From assembly GCF_009914755.1 (NCBI RefSeq), contig NC_060935.1: DNA of 64,000 bases, one strand, 5' to 3'. Under the pieces are notes generated by a model, which was not told where the DNA came from, ran no database searches, and was given only the letters and a program-made list of their open reading frames with translations. Shown piece after piece: positions 53,001-64,000 of the stretch. Position numbers and translations under genes: made by a program. The first letter of the stretch is position 1; every line of letters begins with the position of its first letter. The DNA comes from the human T2T-CHM13v2.0 reference genome, Homo sapiens.

Positions 53001-56000
53001 TTCTTTGTGATGTTTGCATTCAAGTCACAGAGTTGAACCTTACTTTCATAGTTCAGCTTTCAAACACTCTTTTTGTAGAATCTGCAAGTGGATATTTGGA
53101 CCACTTTGTGGCCTTCCTTCGAAACGGGTATATCTTCACATCAAACCTAGACAGAAGCATTCTCAGAATGTTTCCTGTGATGACTGCATTCAACTCACAG
53201 AGGTGAACAATCCTGTTGATGGAGCAGTTTTGAAACTCTCTTTCTTTGGATTCTGCAAGTGGATATGTGGACCTCTGTGAAGATTTCGTTGGAAACGGGT
53301 TCATCTTCACAGAAAAACTAAACAGGAGCATTCTCAGAAACTGCTTTGTGATGTTTGTGTTCCACTTCAGGAATTGAACTTTCCTCTTGACAGAGCAGCT
53401 CTGAAACCCTCTTATTCTAGAATCTGCAAGTGGACATTTGGAGGGCTTTGAGGCCTGTGGTGGAAAAGGAAAATCTTCACATAAAAACTAAATGGAAGCA
53501 TTCTCAGAAACTACTTTGTGATGATTGCATTCGACTCACAGAGTTGAACATTCCTATAGATAGAGCAGGTTGTAAACAATCTTTTTGTAGAATCTGCGAT
53601 TGGAGATTTGGACTGCTTTGAGGCCTACTGTAGTAAAGGAAATAACTTCATCTAAAAACCAAACGGAAGCATTCACAGACAATTCATAGTGATCATTGGA
53701 TTGAACTAACAGAGCTGAACATTCCTTTAGATGGAGCAGTTTCCAAACCCACTTTCTGTAGAATCTGCAAGTGGATATTTGGACTTCTCTGAGGATTTCG
53801 TTGGAAACGGGATAAACTTCCCAGAACTACACGGAAGCATTGTGAGAAACTTCTTTGTGATGTTTGCATTCAACTCACAGAGTTGAACCTTGCTTTCATA
53901 GTTCAGCTTTCAAACACTCTTTTTGTAGAATCTGCAAGTGGATATTTGGACCACTTTGTGGCCTTCCTTCGAAACGGGTATATCTTCACATCAAACCTAG
54001 ACAGAAGCATTCTCAGAATGTTTCCTGTGATGACTGCATTCAATTCACAGAGGTGAACAATCCTGTTGATGGAGCAGTTTTGAAACTCTCTTTCTTTGGA
54101 TTCTGCAAGTCGATATGTGGACCTCTGTGAAGATTTCGTTGGAAACGGGTTCATCTTCACAGAAAAACTAAACAGAAGCATTCTCAGAAACTGCTTTGTG
54201 ATGTTTGTGTTCCACTTCAAGAATTGAACTTTCCTCTTGACAGAGCAGCTCTGAAACCCTCTTTTTCTAGAATCTGCAAGTGGACATTTGGAGGGCTTTG
54301 AGGCCTGTGGTGGAAAAGGAAAATCTTCACATAAAAACTAGATGGAAGCATTCTCAGAAACTACTTTGTGATGATTGCATTCGACTCACAGAGTTGAACA
54401 TTCCTATAGATAGAGCAGGTTGTAAACAATCTTTTTGTAGAATCTGCGATTGGAGATTTGGACTGCTTTGAGGCCTACAGTAGTAAAGGAAATAACTTCA
54501 TCTAAAAACCAAACGGAAGCATTCACAGACAATTCTTAGTGATCATTGCATTGAACTAACAGAGCTGAACATTCCTTTAGATGGCGCAGTTTCCAAACAC
54601 ACTTTCTTTAGAATCTGCAAGTGGATATTAGGACTTCTCTGAGGATTTCGTTGGAAACGGGATAAACTTCCCAGAACTACACGGAAGCATTGTGAGAAAC
54701 TTCTTTGTGATGTTTGCATTCAACTCACAGAGTTGAATCTTGCTTTCATAGTTCAGCTTTCAAACACTCTTTTTGTGGAATCTGCAAGTGGATATTTGGA
54801 CCACTTTGTGGCCTTCCTTCGAAACGGGTATATCTTCACATCAAACCTAGACAGAAGCATTCTCAGAATGTTTCCTGTGATGACTGCATTCAACTCACAG
54901 AGGTGAACAATCCTGTTGATGGAGCAGTTTTGAAACTCTCTTTCTTTGGATTCTGCAAGTGGATATGTGGACCTCTGTGAAGATTTCGTTGGAAACGGGT
55001 TCATCTTCACAGAAAAACTAAACAGAAGCATTCTCAGAAACTGCTTTGTGATGTTTGTGTTCCACTTCAGGAATTGAACTTTCCTCTTGACAGAGCAGCT
55101 CTGAAACCCTCTTATTCTAGAATCTGCAAGTGGACATTTGGAGGGCTTTGAGGCCTGTGGTGGAAAAGGAAAATCTTCACATAAAAACTAGATGGAAGCA
55201 TTCTCAGAAACTACTTTGTGATGATTGCATTCGACTCACAGAGTTGAACATTCCTATAGATAGAGCAGGTTGTAAACAATCTTTTTGTAGAATCTGCGAT
55301 TGGAGATTTGGACTGCTTTGAGGCCTACTGTAGTAAAGGAAATAACTTCATCTAAAAACCAAACGGAAGCATTCACAGACAATTCTTAGTGATCATTGCA
55401 TTGAACTAACAGAGCTGAACATTCCTTTAGATGGAGCAGTTTCCAAACACACTTTCTGTAGAATCTGCAAGTGGATATTTGGACTTCTCTGAGGATTTCG
55501 TTGGAAACGGGATAAACTTCCCAGAACTACACGGAAGCATTGTCAGAAACTTCTTTGTGATGTTTCCATTCAACTCACAGAGTTGAACCTTGCTTTCATA
55601 GTTCAGCTTTCAAACACTCTTTTTGTAGAATCTGCAAGTGGATATTTGGACCACTTTGTGGCCTTCCTTCGAAACGGGTATATCTTCACATCAAACCTAG
55701 ACAGAAGCATTCTCAGAATGTTTCCTGTGAAGACTGCATTCAACTCACAGAGATGAACAATCCTGTTGATGGAGCACTTTGGAAACTCTCTTTCTTTGGA
55801 TTCTGCAAGTTGATATGTGGACCTCTGGAAGATTTCGTTGGAAACGGGTTCATCTTCACAGAAAAACTAAACAGAAGCATTCTCAGAAACTGCTTTGTGA
55901 TGTTTGTGTTCCACTTCAAGAATTGAACTTTCCTCTTGACAGAGCAGCTCTGAAACCCTCTTTTTCTAGAATCTGCAAGTGGACATTTGGAGGGCTTTGA

Positions 56001-59000
56001 GGCCTGTGGTGTAAAAGGAAAATCTTCACATAAAAACTAGATGGAAGCATTCTCAGAAACTACTTTGTGATGATTGCATTCGACTCACAGAGTTGAACAT
56101 TCCTATAGATAGAGCAGGTTGTAAACAATCTTTTTGTAGAACCTGCGATTGGAGATTTGGACTGCTTTGAGGCCTACAGTAGTAAAGGAAATAACTTCAT
56201 CTAAAAACCAAACGGAAGCATTCACAGACAATTCTTAGTGATCATTGCATTGAACTAACAGAGCTGAACATTCCTTTAGATGGCGCAGTTTCCAAACACA
56301 CTTTCTGTAGAATCTGCAAGTGGATATTAGGACTTCTCTGAGGATTTCGTTGGAAACGGGATAAACTTCCCAGAACTACACGGAAGCATTGTGAGAAACT
56401 TCTTTGTGATGTTTGCATTCAACTCACAGAGTTGAACCTTGCTTTCATAGTTCAGCTTTCAAACACTCTTTTTGTAGAATCTGCAAGTGGATATTTGGAC
56501 CACTTTGTGGCCTTCCTTCGAAACGGGTATATCTTCACATCAAACCTAGACAGAAGCATTCTCAGAATGTTTCCTGTGATGACTGCATTCAACTCACAGA
56601 GGTGAACAATCCTGTTGATGGAGCAGTTTTGAAACTCTCTTTCTTTGGATTCTGCAAGTGGATATGTGGACCTCTGTGAAGATTTCGTTGGAAACGGGTT
56701 CATCTTCACAGAAAAACTAAACAGAAGCATTCTCAGAAACTGCTTTGTGATGTTTGTGTTCCACTTCAGGAATTGAACTTTCCTCTTGACAGAGCAGCTC
56801 TGAAACCCTCTTATTCTAGAATCTGCAAGTGGACATTTGGAGGGCTTTGAGGCCTGTGGTGGAAAAGGAAAGTCTTCACATAAAAACTAGATGGAAGCAT
56901 TCTCAGAAACTACTTTGTGATGATTGCATTCGACTCACAGAGCTGAACATTCCTATAGATAGAGCAGGTTGTAAACAATCTTTTTGTAGAATCTGCGATT
57001 GGAGATTTGGACTGCTTTGAGGCCTACTGTAGTAAAGGAAATAACTTCATCTAAAAACCAAACGGAAGCATTCACAGACAATTCTTAGTGATCATTGCAT
57101 TGAACTAACAGAGCTGAACATTCCTTTAGATGGAGCAGTTTCCAAACACACTTTCTGTAGAACCTGCAAGTGGATATTTGGACTTCTCTGAGGATTTCGT
57201 TGGAAACGGGATAAACTTCCCAGAACTACACGGAAGCATTGTGAGAAACTTCTTTGTGATGTTTGCATTCAACTCACAGAGTTGAACCTTGCTTTCATAG
57301 TTCAGCTTTCAAACACTCTTTTTGTAGAATCTGCAAGTGGATATTTGGACCACTTTGTGGCCTTCCTTCGAAACGGGTATATCTTCACATCAAACCTAGA
57401 CAGAAGCATTCTCAGAATGTTTCCTGTGATGACTGCATTCAACTCACAGAGGTGAACAATCCTGTTGATGGAGCAGTTTTGAAACTCTCTTTCTTTGGAT
57501 TCTGCAAGTGGATATGTGGACCTCTGTGAAGATTTCGTTGGAAACGGGTTCATCTTCACAGAAAAACTAAACAGAAGCATTCTCAAAAACTACTTTGTGA
57601 TGTTTGTGTTCCACTTCAAGAATTGAACTTTCCTCTTGACAGAGCAGCTCTGAAAACCTCTTTTTCTAGAATCTGCAAGTGGACATTTGGAGGGCTTTGA
57701 GGCCTGTGGTGGAAAAGGAAAATCTTCACATAAAAACTAGATGGAAGCATTCTCAGAAACTACTTTGTGATGATTGCATTCGACTCACAGAGTTGAACAT
57801 TCCTATAGATAGAGCAGGTTGTAAACAATCTTTTTGTAGAATCTGCGATTGGAGATTTGGACTGCTTTGAGGCCTACTGTAGTAAAGAAAATAACTTCAT
57901 CTAAAAACCAAACGGAAGCATTCACAGACAATTCTTAGTGATCATTGGATTGAACTAACAGAGCTGAACATTCCTTTAGATGGAGCAGTTTCCAAACCCA
58001 CTTTCTGTAGAATCTGCAAGTGGATATTTGGACTTCTCTGAGGATTTCGTTGGAAACGGGATAAACTTCCCAGAAATACACGGAAGCATTGTGAGAAACT
58101 TCTTTGTGATGTTTGCATTCAACTCACAGAGTTGAACCTTGCTTTCATAGTTCAGCTTTCAAACACTCTTTTTGTAGAATCTGCAAGTGGATATTTGGAC
58201 CACTTTGTGGCCGTCCTTCGAAACGGGTATATCTTCACATCAAACCCAGACAGAAGCATTCTCAGAATGTTTCCTGTGATGACTGCATTCAACTCACAGA
58301 GATGAACAATCCTGTTGATGGAGCAGTTTTGAAACTCTCTTTCTTTGGATTCTGCAAGTTGATATGTGGACCTCTGTGAAGATTTCGTTGGAAACGGGTT
58401 CATCTTCACAGAGAAACTAAACAGAAGCATTCTCAAAAACTACTTTGTGATGTTTGTGTTCCACTTCAAGAATTGAACTTTCCTCTTGACAGAGCAGCTC
58501 TGAAAACCTCTTTTTCTAGAATCTGCAAGTGGACATTTGGAGGGCTTTGAGGCCTGTGGTGGAAAAGGAAAATCTTTACATAAAAACTAGATGGAAGCAT
58601 TCTCAGAAACTACTTTGTGATGATTGCATTCGACTCACAGAGTTGAACATTCCTATAGATAGAGCAGGTTGTAAACAATCTTTTTGTAGAATCTGCGGTT
58701 GGAGATTTGGACTGCTTTGAGGCCTACTGTAGTAAAGGAAATAACTTCATCTAAAAACCAAACGGAAGCATTCACAGACAATTCTTAGTGATCATTGGAT
58801 TGAACTAACAGAGCTGAACATTCCTTTAGATGGAGTAGTTTCCAAACACACTTTCTGTAGAATCTGCAAGTGGATATTTGGACTTCTCTGAGGATTTCGT
58901 TGGAAACGGGATAAACTTCCCAGAACTACACGGAAGCATTGTGAGAAACTTCTTTTTGATGTTTGCATTCAACTCACAGAGTTGAACCTTGCTTTCATAG

Positions 59001-62000
59001 TTCAGCTTTCAAACACTCTTTTTGTAGAATCTGCAAGTGGATATTTGGACCACATTGTGGCCTTCCTTCGAAACGGGTATATCTTCACATCAAACCTAGA
59101 CAGAAGCATTCTCAGAATGTTTCCTGTGATGACTGCATTCAACTCCCAGAGGTGAACAATCCTGCTGATGGAGCAGTTTTGAAACTCTCTTTCTTTGGAT
59201 TCTGCAAGTGGATATGTGGACCTCTGTGAAGATTTCGTTGGAAACGGGTTCATCTTCACAGAAAAACTAAACAGGAGCATTCTCAGAAACTGCTTTGTGA
59301 TGTTTGTGTTCCACTTCAGGAATTGAACTTTCCTCTTGACAGAGCAGCTCTGAAACCCTCTTTTTCTAGAATCTGCAAGTGGACATTTGGAGGGCTTTGA
59401 GGCCTGTGGTGGAAAAGGAAAATCTTCACATAAAAACTAGATGGAAGCATTCTCAGAAACTACTTTGTGATGATTGCATTCGACTCACAGAGTTGAACAT
59501 TCCTATAGATAGAGCAGGTTTTAAACAATGTTTTTGTAGAATCTGCGATTGGAGATTTGGACTGCTTTGAGGCCTACTGTAGTAAAGGAAATAACTTCAT
59601 CTAAAAACCAAACGGAAGCATTCACAGACAATTCTTAGTGATCATTGGATTGAACTAACAGAGCTGAACATTCCTTTAGATGGAGCAGTTTCCAAACACA
59701 CTTTCTGTAGAATCTGCAAGTGGATATTTGGACTTCTCTGAGGATTTCGTTGGAAACGGGATAAACTTCCCAGAACTACACGGAAGCATTGTGAGAAACT
59801 TCTTTGTGATGTTTGCATTCAACTCACAGAGTTGAACCTTGCTTTCATAGTTCAGCTTTCAAACACTCTTTTTGTAGAATCTGCAAGTGGATATTTGGAC
59901 CACTTTGTGGCCTTCCTTCGAAACGGGTATATCTTCACATCAAACCTAGACAGAAGCATTCTCAGAATGTTTCCTGTGATGACTGCATTCAACTCACAGA
60001 GGTGAACAATCCTGCTGATGGAGCAGTTTTGAAACTCTCTTTCTTTGGATTCTGCAAGTGGATATGTGGACCTCTGTGAAGATTTCGTTGGAAACGGGTT
60101 CATCTTCACAGAAAAACTAAACAGAAGCATTCTCAGAAACTGCTTTCTGATGTTTGTGTTCCACTTCAGGAATTGAACTTTCCTCTTGACAGAGCAGCTC
60201 TGAAACCCTCTTATTCTAGAATCTGCAAGTGGACATTTGGAGGGCTTTGAGGCCTGTGGTGGAAAAGGAAAATCTTCACATAAAAACTAGATGGAAGGAT
60301 ACTCAGAAACTACTTTGTGATAATTGCATTCGACTCACAGAGTTGAACATTCCTATAGATAGAGCAGGTTGTAAACAATCTTTTTGTAGAATCTGCGATT
60401 GGAGATTTGGACTGCTTTGAGGCCTACTGTAGTAAAGGAAATAACTTCATCTAAAAACCAAACGGAAGCATTCACAGACAATTCTTAGTGATCATTGCAT
60501 TGAACTAACAGAGCTGAACATTCCTTTAGATGGAGCAGTTTCCAAACACACTTTCTGTAGAATCTGCAAGTGGATATTTGGACTTCTCTGAGGATTTCGT
60601 TGGAAATGGGATACACTTCCCAGAACTACACGGAAGCATTGTGAGAAACTTCTTTGTGATGTTTGCATTCAACTCACAGAGTTGAACCTTGCTTTCATAG
60701 TTCAGCTTTCAAACACTCTTTTTGTAGAATCTGCAAGTGGATATTTGGACCACTTTGTGGCCTTCCTTCGAAACGGGTATATCTTCACATCAAACCTAGA
60801 CAGAAGCATTCTCAGAATGTTTCCTGTGAAGACTGCATTCAACTCACAGAGATGAACAATCCTGTTGATGGAGCACTTTGGAAACTCTCTTTCTTTGGAT
60901 TCTGCAAGTTGAAATGTGGACCTCTGTGAAGATTTCGTTGGAAACGGGTTCATCTTCACAGAAAAACTAAACAGAAGCATTCTCAAAAACTACTTTGTGA
61001 TGTTTGTGTTCCACTTCAAGAATTGAACTTTCCTCTTGACAGAGCAGCTCTGAAAACCTCTTTTTCTAGAATCTGCAAGTGGACATTTGGAGGGCTTTGA
61101 GGCCTGTGGTGGAAAAGGAAAATCTTCACATAAAAACTAGATGGAAGCATTCTCAGAAACTACTTTGTGATGATTGCATTCGACTCACAGAGTTGAACAT
61201 TCCTATAGATAGAGCAGGTTGTAAACAATCTTTTTGTAGAATCTGCGATTGGAGATTCGGACTGCTTTGAGGCCTACTGTACTAAAGGAAATAACTTCAT
61301 CTAAAAACCAAACGGAAGCATTCACAGACAATTCTTAGTGATCATTGCATTGAACTAACAGAGCTGAACATTCCTTTAGATGGCGCAGTTTCCAAACACA
61401 CTTTCTGTAGAATCTGCAAGTGGATATTTGGACCTCTCTGAGGATTTCGTTGGAAACGGGATAAACTTCCCAGAACTACACGGAAGCATGCTGAGAAACT
61501 TCTTTGTGATGTTTGCATTCAACTCACAGAGTTGAACCTTGCTTTCATAGTTCAGCTTTCAAACACTCTTTTTGTAGAATCTGCAAGTGGATATTTGGAC
61601 CACTTTGTGGCCTTCCTTCGAAACGGGTATATCTTCACATCAAACCTAGACAGAAGCATTCTCAGAATGTTTCCTGTGATGACTGCATTCAACTCACAGA
61701 GGTGAACAATCCTGCTGATGGAGCAGTTTTGAAACTCTCTTTCTTTGGATTCTGCAAGTGGATATGTGGACCTCTGTGAAGATTTCGTTGGAAACGGGTT
61801 CATCTTCACAGAAAAACTAAACAGAAGCATTCTCAGAAACTGCTTTGTGATGTTTGTGTTCCACTTCAGGAATTGAACTTTCCTCTTGACAGAGCAGCTC
61901 TGAAACCCTCTTTTTCTAGAATCTGCAAGTGGACATTTGGAGGGCTTTGAGGCCTGTGGTGGAAAAGGAAAATCTTCACATAAAAACTAGATGGAAGCAT

Positions 62001-64000
62001 TCTCAGAAACTACTTTGTGATGATTGCATTCGACTCACAGAGTTGAACATTCCTATAGATAGAGCAGGTTGTAAACAATCTTTTTGTAGAATCTGCGATT
62101 GGAGATTTGGACTGCTTTGAGGCCTACTGTAGTAAAGGAAATAACTTCATCTAAAAACCAAACGGAAGCATTCACAGACAATTCTTAGTGATCATTGGAT
62201 TGAACTAACAGAGCTGAACATTCCTTTAGATGGAGTAGTTTCCAAACACACTTTCTGTAGAATCTGCAAGTGGATATTTGGACTTCTCTGAGGATTTCGT
62301 TGGAAACGGGATAAACTTCCCAGAACTACACGGAAGCATTGTGAGAAACTTCTTTGTGATGTTTGCATTCAACTCACAGAGTTGAACCTTGCTTTCATAG
62401 TTCAGCTTTCAAACACTCTTTTTGTAGAATCTGCAAGTGGATATTTGGACCACTTTGTGGCCTTCCTTCGAAACGGGTATATCTTCACATCAAACCTAGA
62501 CAGAAGCATTCTCAGAATGTTTCCTGTGATGACTGCATTCAACTCACAGAGGTGAACAATCCTGCTGATGGAGCAGTTTTGAAACTCTCTTTCTTTGGAT
62601 TCTGCAAGTGGATATGTGGACCTCTGTGAAGATTTCGTTGGAAACGGGTTCATCTTCACAGAAAAACTAAACAGGAGCATTCTCAGAAACTGCTTTGTGA
62701 TGTTTGTGTTCCACTTCAAGAATTGAACTTTCCTCTTGACAGAGCAGCTCTGAAACCCTCTTTTTCTAGAATCTGCAAGTGGACATTTGGAGGGCTTTGA
62801 GGCCTGTGGTGGAAAAGGAAAATCTTCACATAAAAACTAGATGGAAGCATTCTCAGAAACTACTTTGTGATGATTGCATTCGACTCACAGTGTTGAACAT
62901 TCCTATAGATAGAGCAGGTTGTAAACAATCTTTTTGTAGAATCTGCGATTGGAGATTTGGACTGCTTTGAGGCCTACTGTAGTAAAGGAAATAACTTCAT
63001 CTAAAAACCAAACGGAACCATTCACAGACAATTCTTAGTGATCATTGGATTGAACTAACAGAGCTGAACATTCCTTTAGATGGAGCAGTTTCCAAACCCA
63101 CTTTCTGTAGAATCTGCAAGTGGATATTTGGACTTCTCTGAGGATTTCGTTGGAAACGGGATAAACTTCCCAGAACTACACGGAAGCATTGTGAGAAACT
63201 TCTTTGTGATGTTTGCATTCAACTCACAGAGTTGAACCTTGCTTTCATATTTCAGCTTTCAAACACTCTTTTTGTAGAATCTGCAAGTGGATATTTGGAC
63301 CACTTTGTGGCCTTCCTTCGAAACGGGTATATCTTCACATCAAACCTAGACAGAAACATTCTCAGAATGTTTCCTGTGATGACTGCATTCAACTCACAGA
63401 GGTGAACAATCCTGCTGATGGAGCAGTTTTGAAACTCTCTTTCTTTGGATTCTGCAAGTGGATATGTGGACCTCTGTGAAGATTTCGTTGGAAACGGGTT
63501 CATCTTCACAGAAAAACTAAACAGAAGCATTCTCAGAAACTGCTTTGTGATGTTTGTGTTCCACTTCAGGAATTGAACTTTCCTCTTGACAGAGCAGCTC
63601 TGAAACCCTCTTATTCTAGAATCTGCAAGTGGACATTTGGAGGGCTTTGAGGCCTGTGGTGGAAAAGGAAAATCTTCACATAAAAACTAGATGGAAGCAT
63701 TCTCAGAAACTACTTTGTGATGATTGCATTCGACTCACAGAGTTGAACATTCCTATAGATAGAGCAGGTTGTAAACAATCTTTTTTTAGAATCTGCGATT
63801 GGAGATTTGGACTGCTTTGAGGCCTACTGTAGTAAAGGAAATAACTTCATCTAAAAACCAAACGGAAGCATTCACAGACAATTCTTAGTGATCATTGGAT
63901 TGAACTAACAGAGCTGAACATTCCTTTAGATGGAGCAGTTTCCAAACCCACTTTCTGTAGAATCTGCAAGTGGATATTTGGACTTCTCTGAGGATTTCGT
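44100..64000 (+). repeat. Duplication of a 16-HOR block, period 13598 bp (second copy cut off by the window end)
   Basis: ORF variants pair at +13598 (44515/58113, 44931/58529, 45781/59379, 46631/60229, 47065/60663, 49181/62779, 50031/63629). Confidence 0.92.

Larger units (their letters stand above)
1..64000 (+). repeat. Alpha satellite higher-order repeat array, 850-bp pentameric HOR (about 75 copies), homogeneous live-type centromeric array
   Basis: Typical alphoid motifs throughout (CATTCTCAGAAACT, TAGAATCTGCAAGTGGA, TTCGTTGGAAACGGG). The ORF track recurs every 850 bp (53, 903, 1753, 2603...). Neighbouring HORs differ by only a few SNVs, whereas monomers within a HOR are clearly diverged. 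The orientation is the same from start to end. Confidence 0.99.
1..64000 (+). other. D11Z1: Array identity: probably D11Z1 (S3C11H1L), human chromosome 11 centromere, suprachromosomal family 3
   Basis: Seen: 5-mer, 850 bp, one XbaI site per unit, A-A-B-B-B monomer order. Established: D11Z1 is the 0.85-kb XbaI pentamer, while the other human SF3 arrays are 11-mer (D1Z5), 12-mer (DXZ1) and 16-mer (D17Z1). A great-ape SF3 pentamer cannot be excluded without alignment. Confidence 0.85.

Noticed and set aside
53-63820. About 200 short ORFs (60-105 aa) repeating every 850 bp on both strands
   Set aside because: They are chance open frames in alpha satellite. Most start at GTG/TTG/CTG, they overlap on opposite strands, they are freely broken by stops and frameshifts, and they show no recognisable domain.
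1-64000. CRISPR-like or prokaryotic repeat system
   Set aside because: There are no unique spacers and no cas-like ORFs. The whole unit repeats and carries alphoid CENP-B boxes.
1-64000. Embedded L1/Alu/LTR insertion or inversion
   Set aside because: The 850-bp phase is accounted for throughout by eight 1-bp deletions and two 342-bp units. I saw no poly-A tail, foreign sequence or strand switch.

Overview
The whole 64 kb window is primate centromeric alpha satellite: about 75 head-to-tail copies of an 850-bp higher-order repeat (HOR) of five diverged ~171-bp monomers, all in one orientation. I saw no transposon insertion, inversion or unique sequence. Each HOR has one XbaI site, two intact CENP-B boxes, one degenerate CENP-B box and two A-type (pJalpha-like) monomers. 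This matches the suprachromosomal family 3 (W1-W5) pentamer and is most likely the live human chromosome 11 array D11Z1; that assignment is by recognition, not by a database search. There are no real genes; every listed ORF is a by-product of the repeat. I found no new coding system. The interest lies in the array's history, read by eye from shared SNVs and indels. (1) Nested tandem duplications have periods of 1.7, 2.891, 3.4, 6.799, 8.499 and 13.598 kb. (2) Two copies of a 3-monomer-deletion HOR variant join within a 17-bp shared sequence and have lost their CENP-B box. (3) A probable undeleted ancestral version of that variant lies at about 51-52.5 kb. (4) A CENP-B-box-breaking SNV has spread locally. 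Duplication boundaries are approximate (a few hundred bp).
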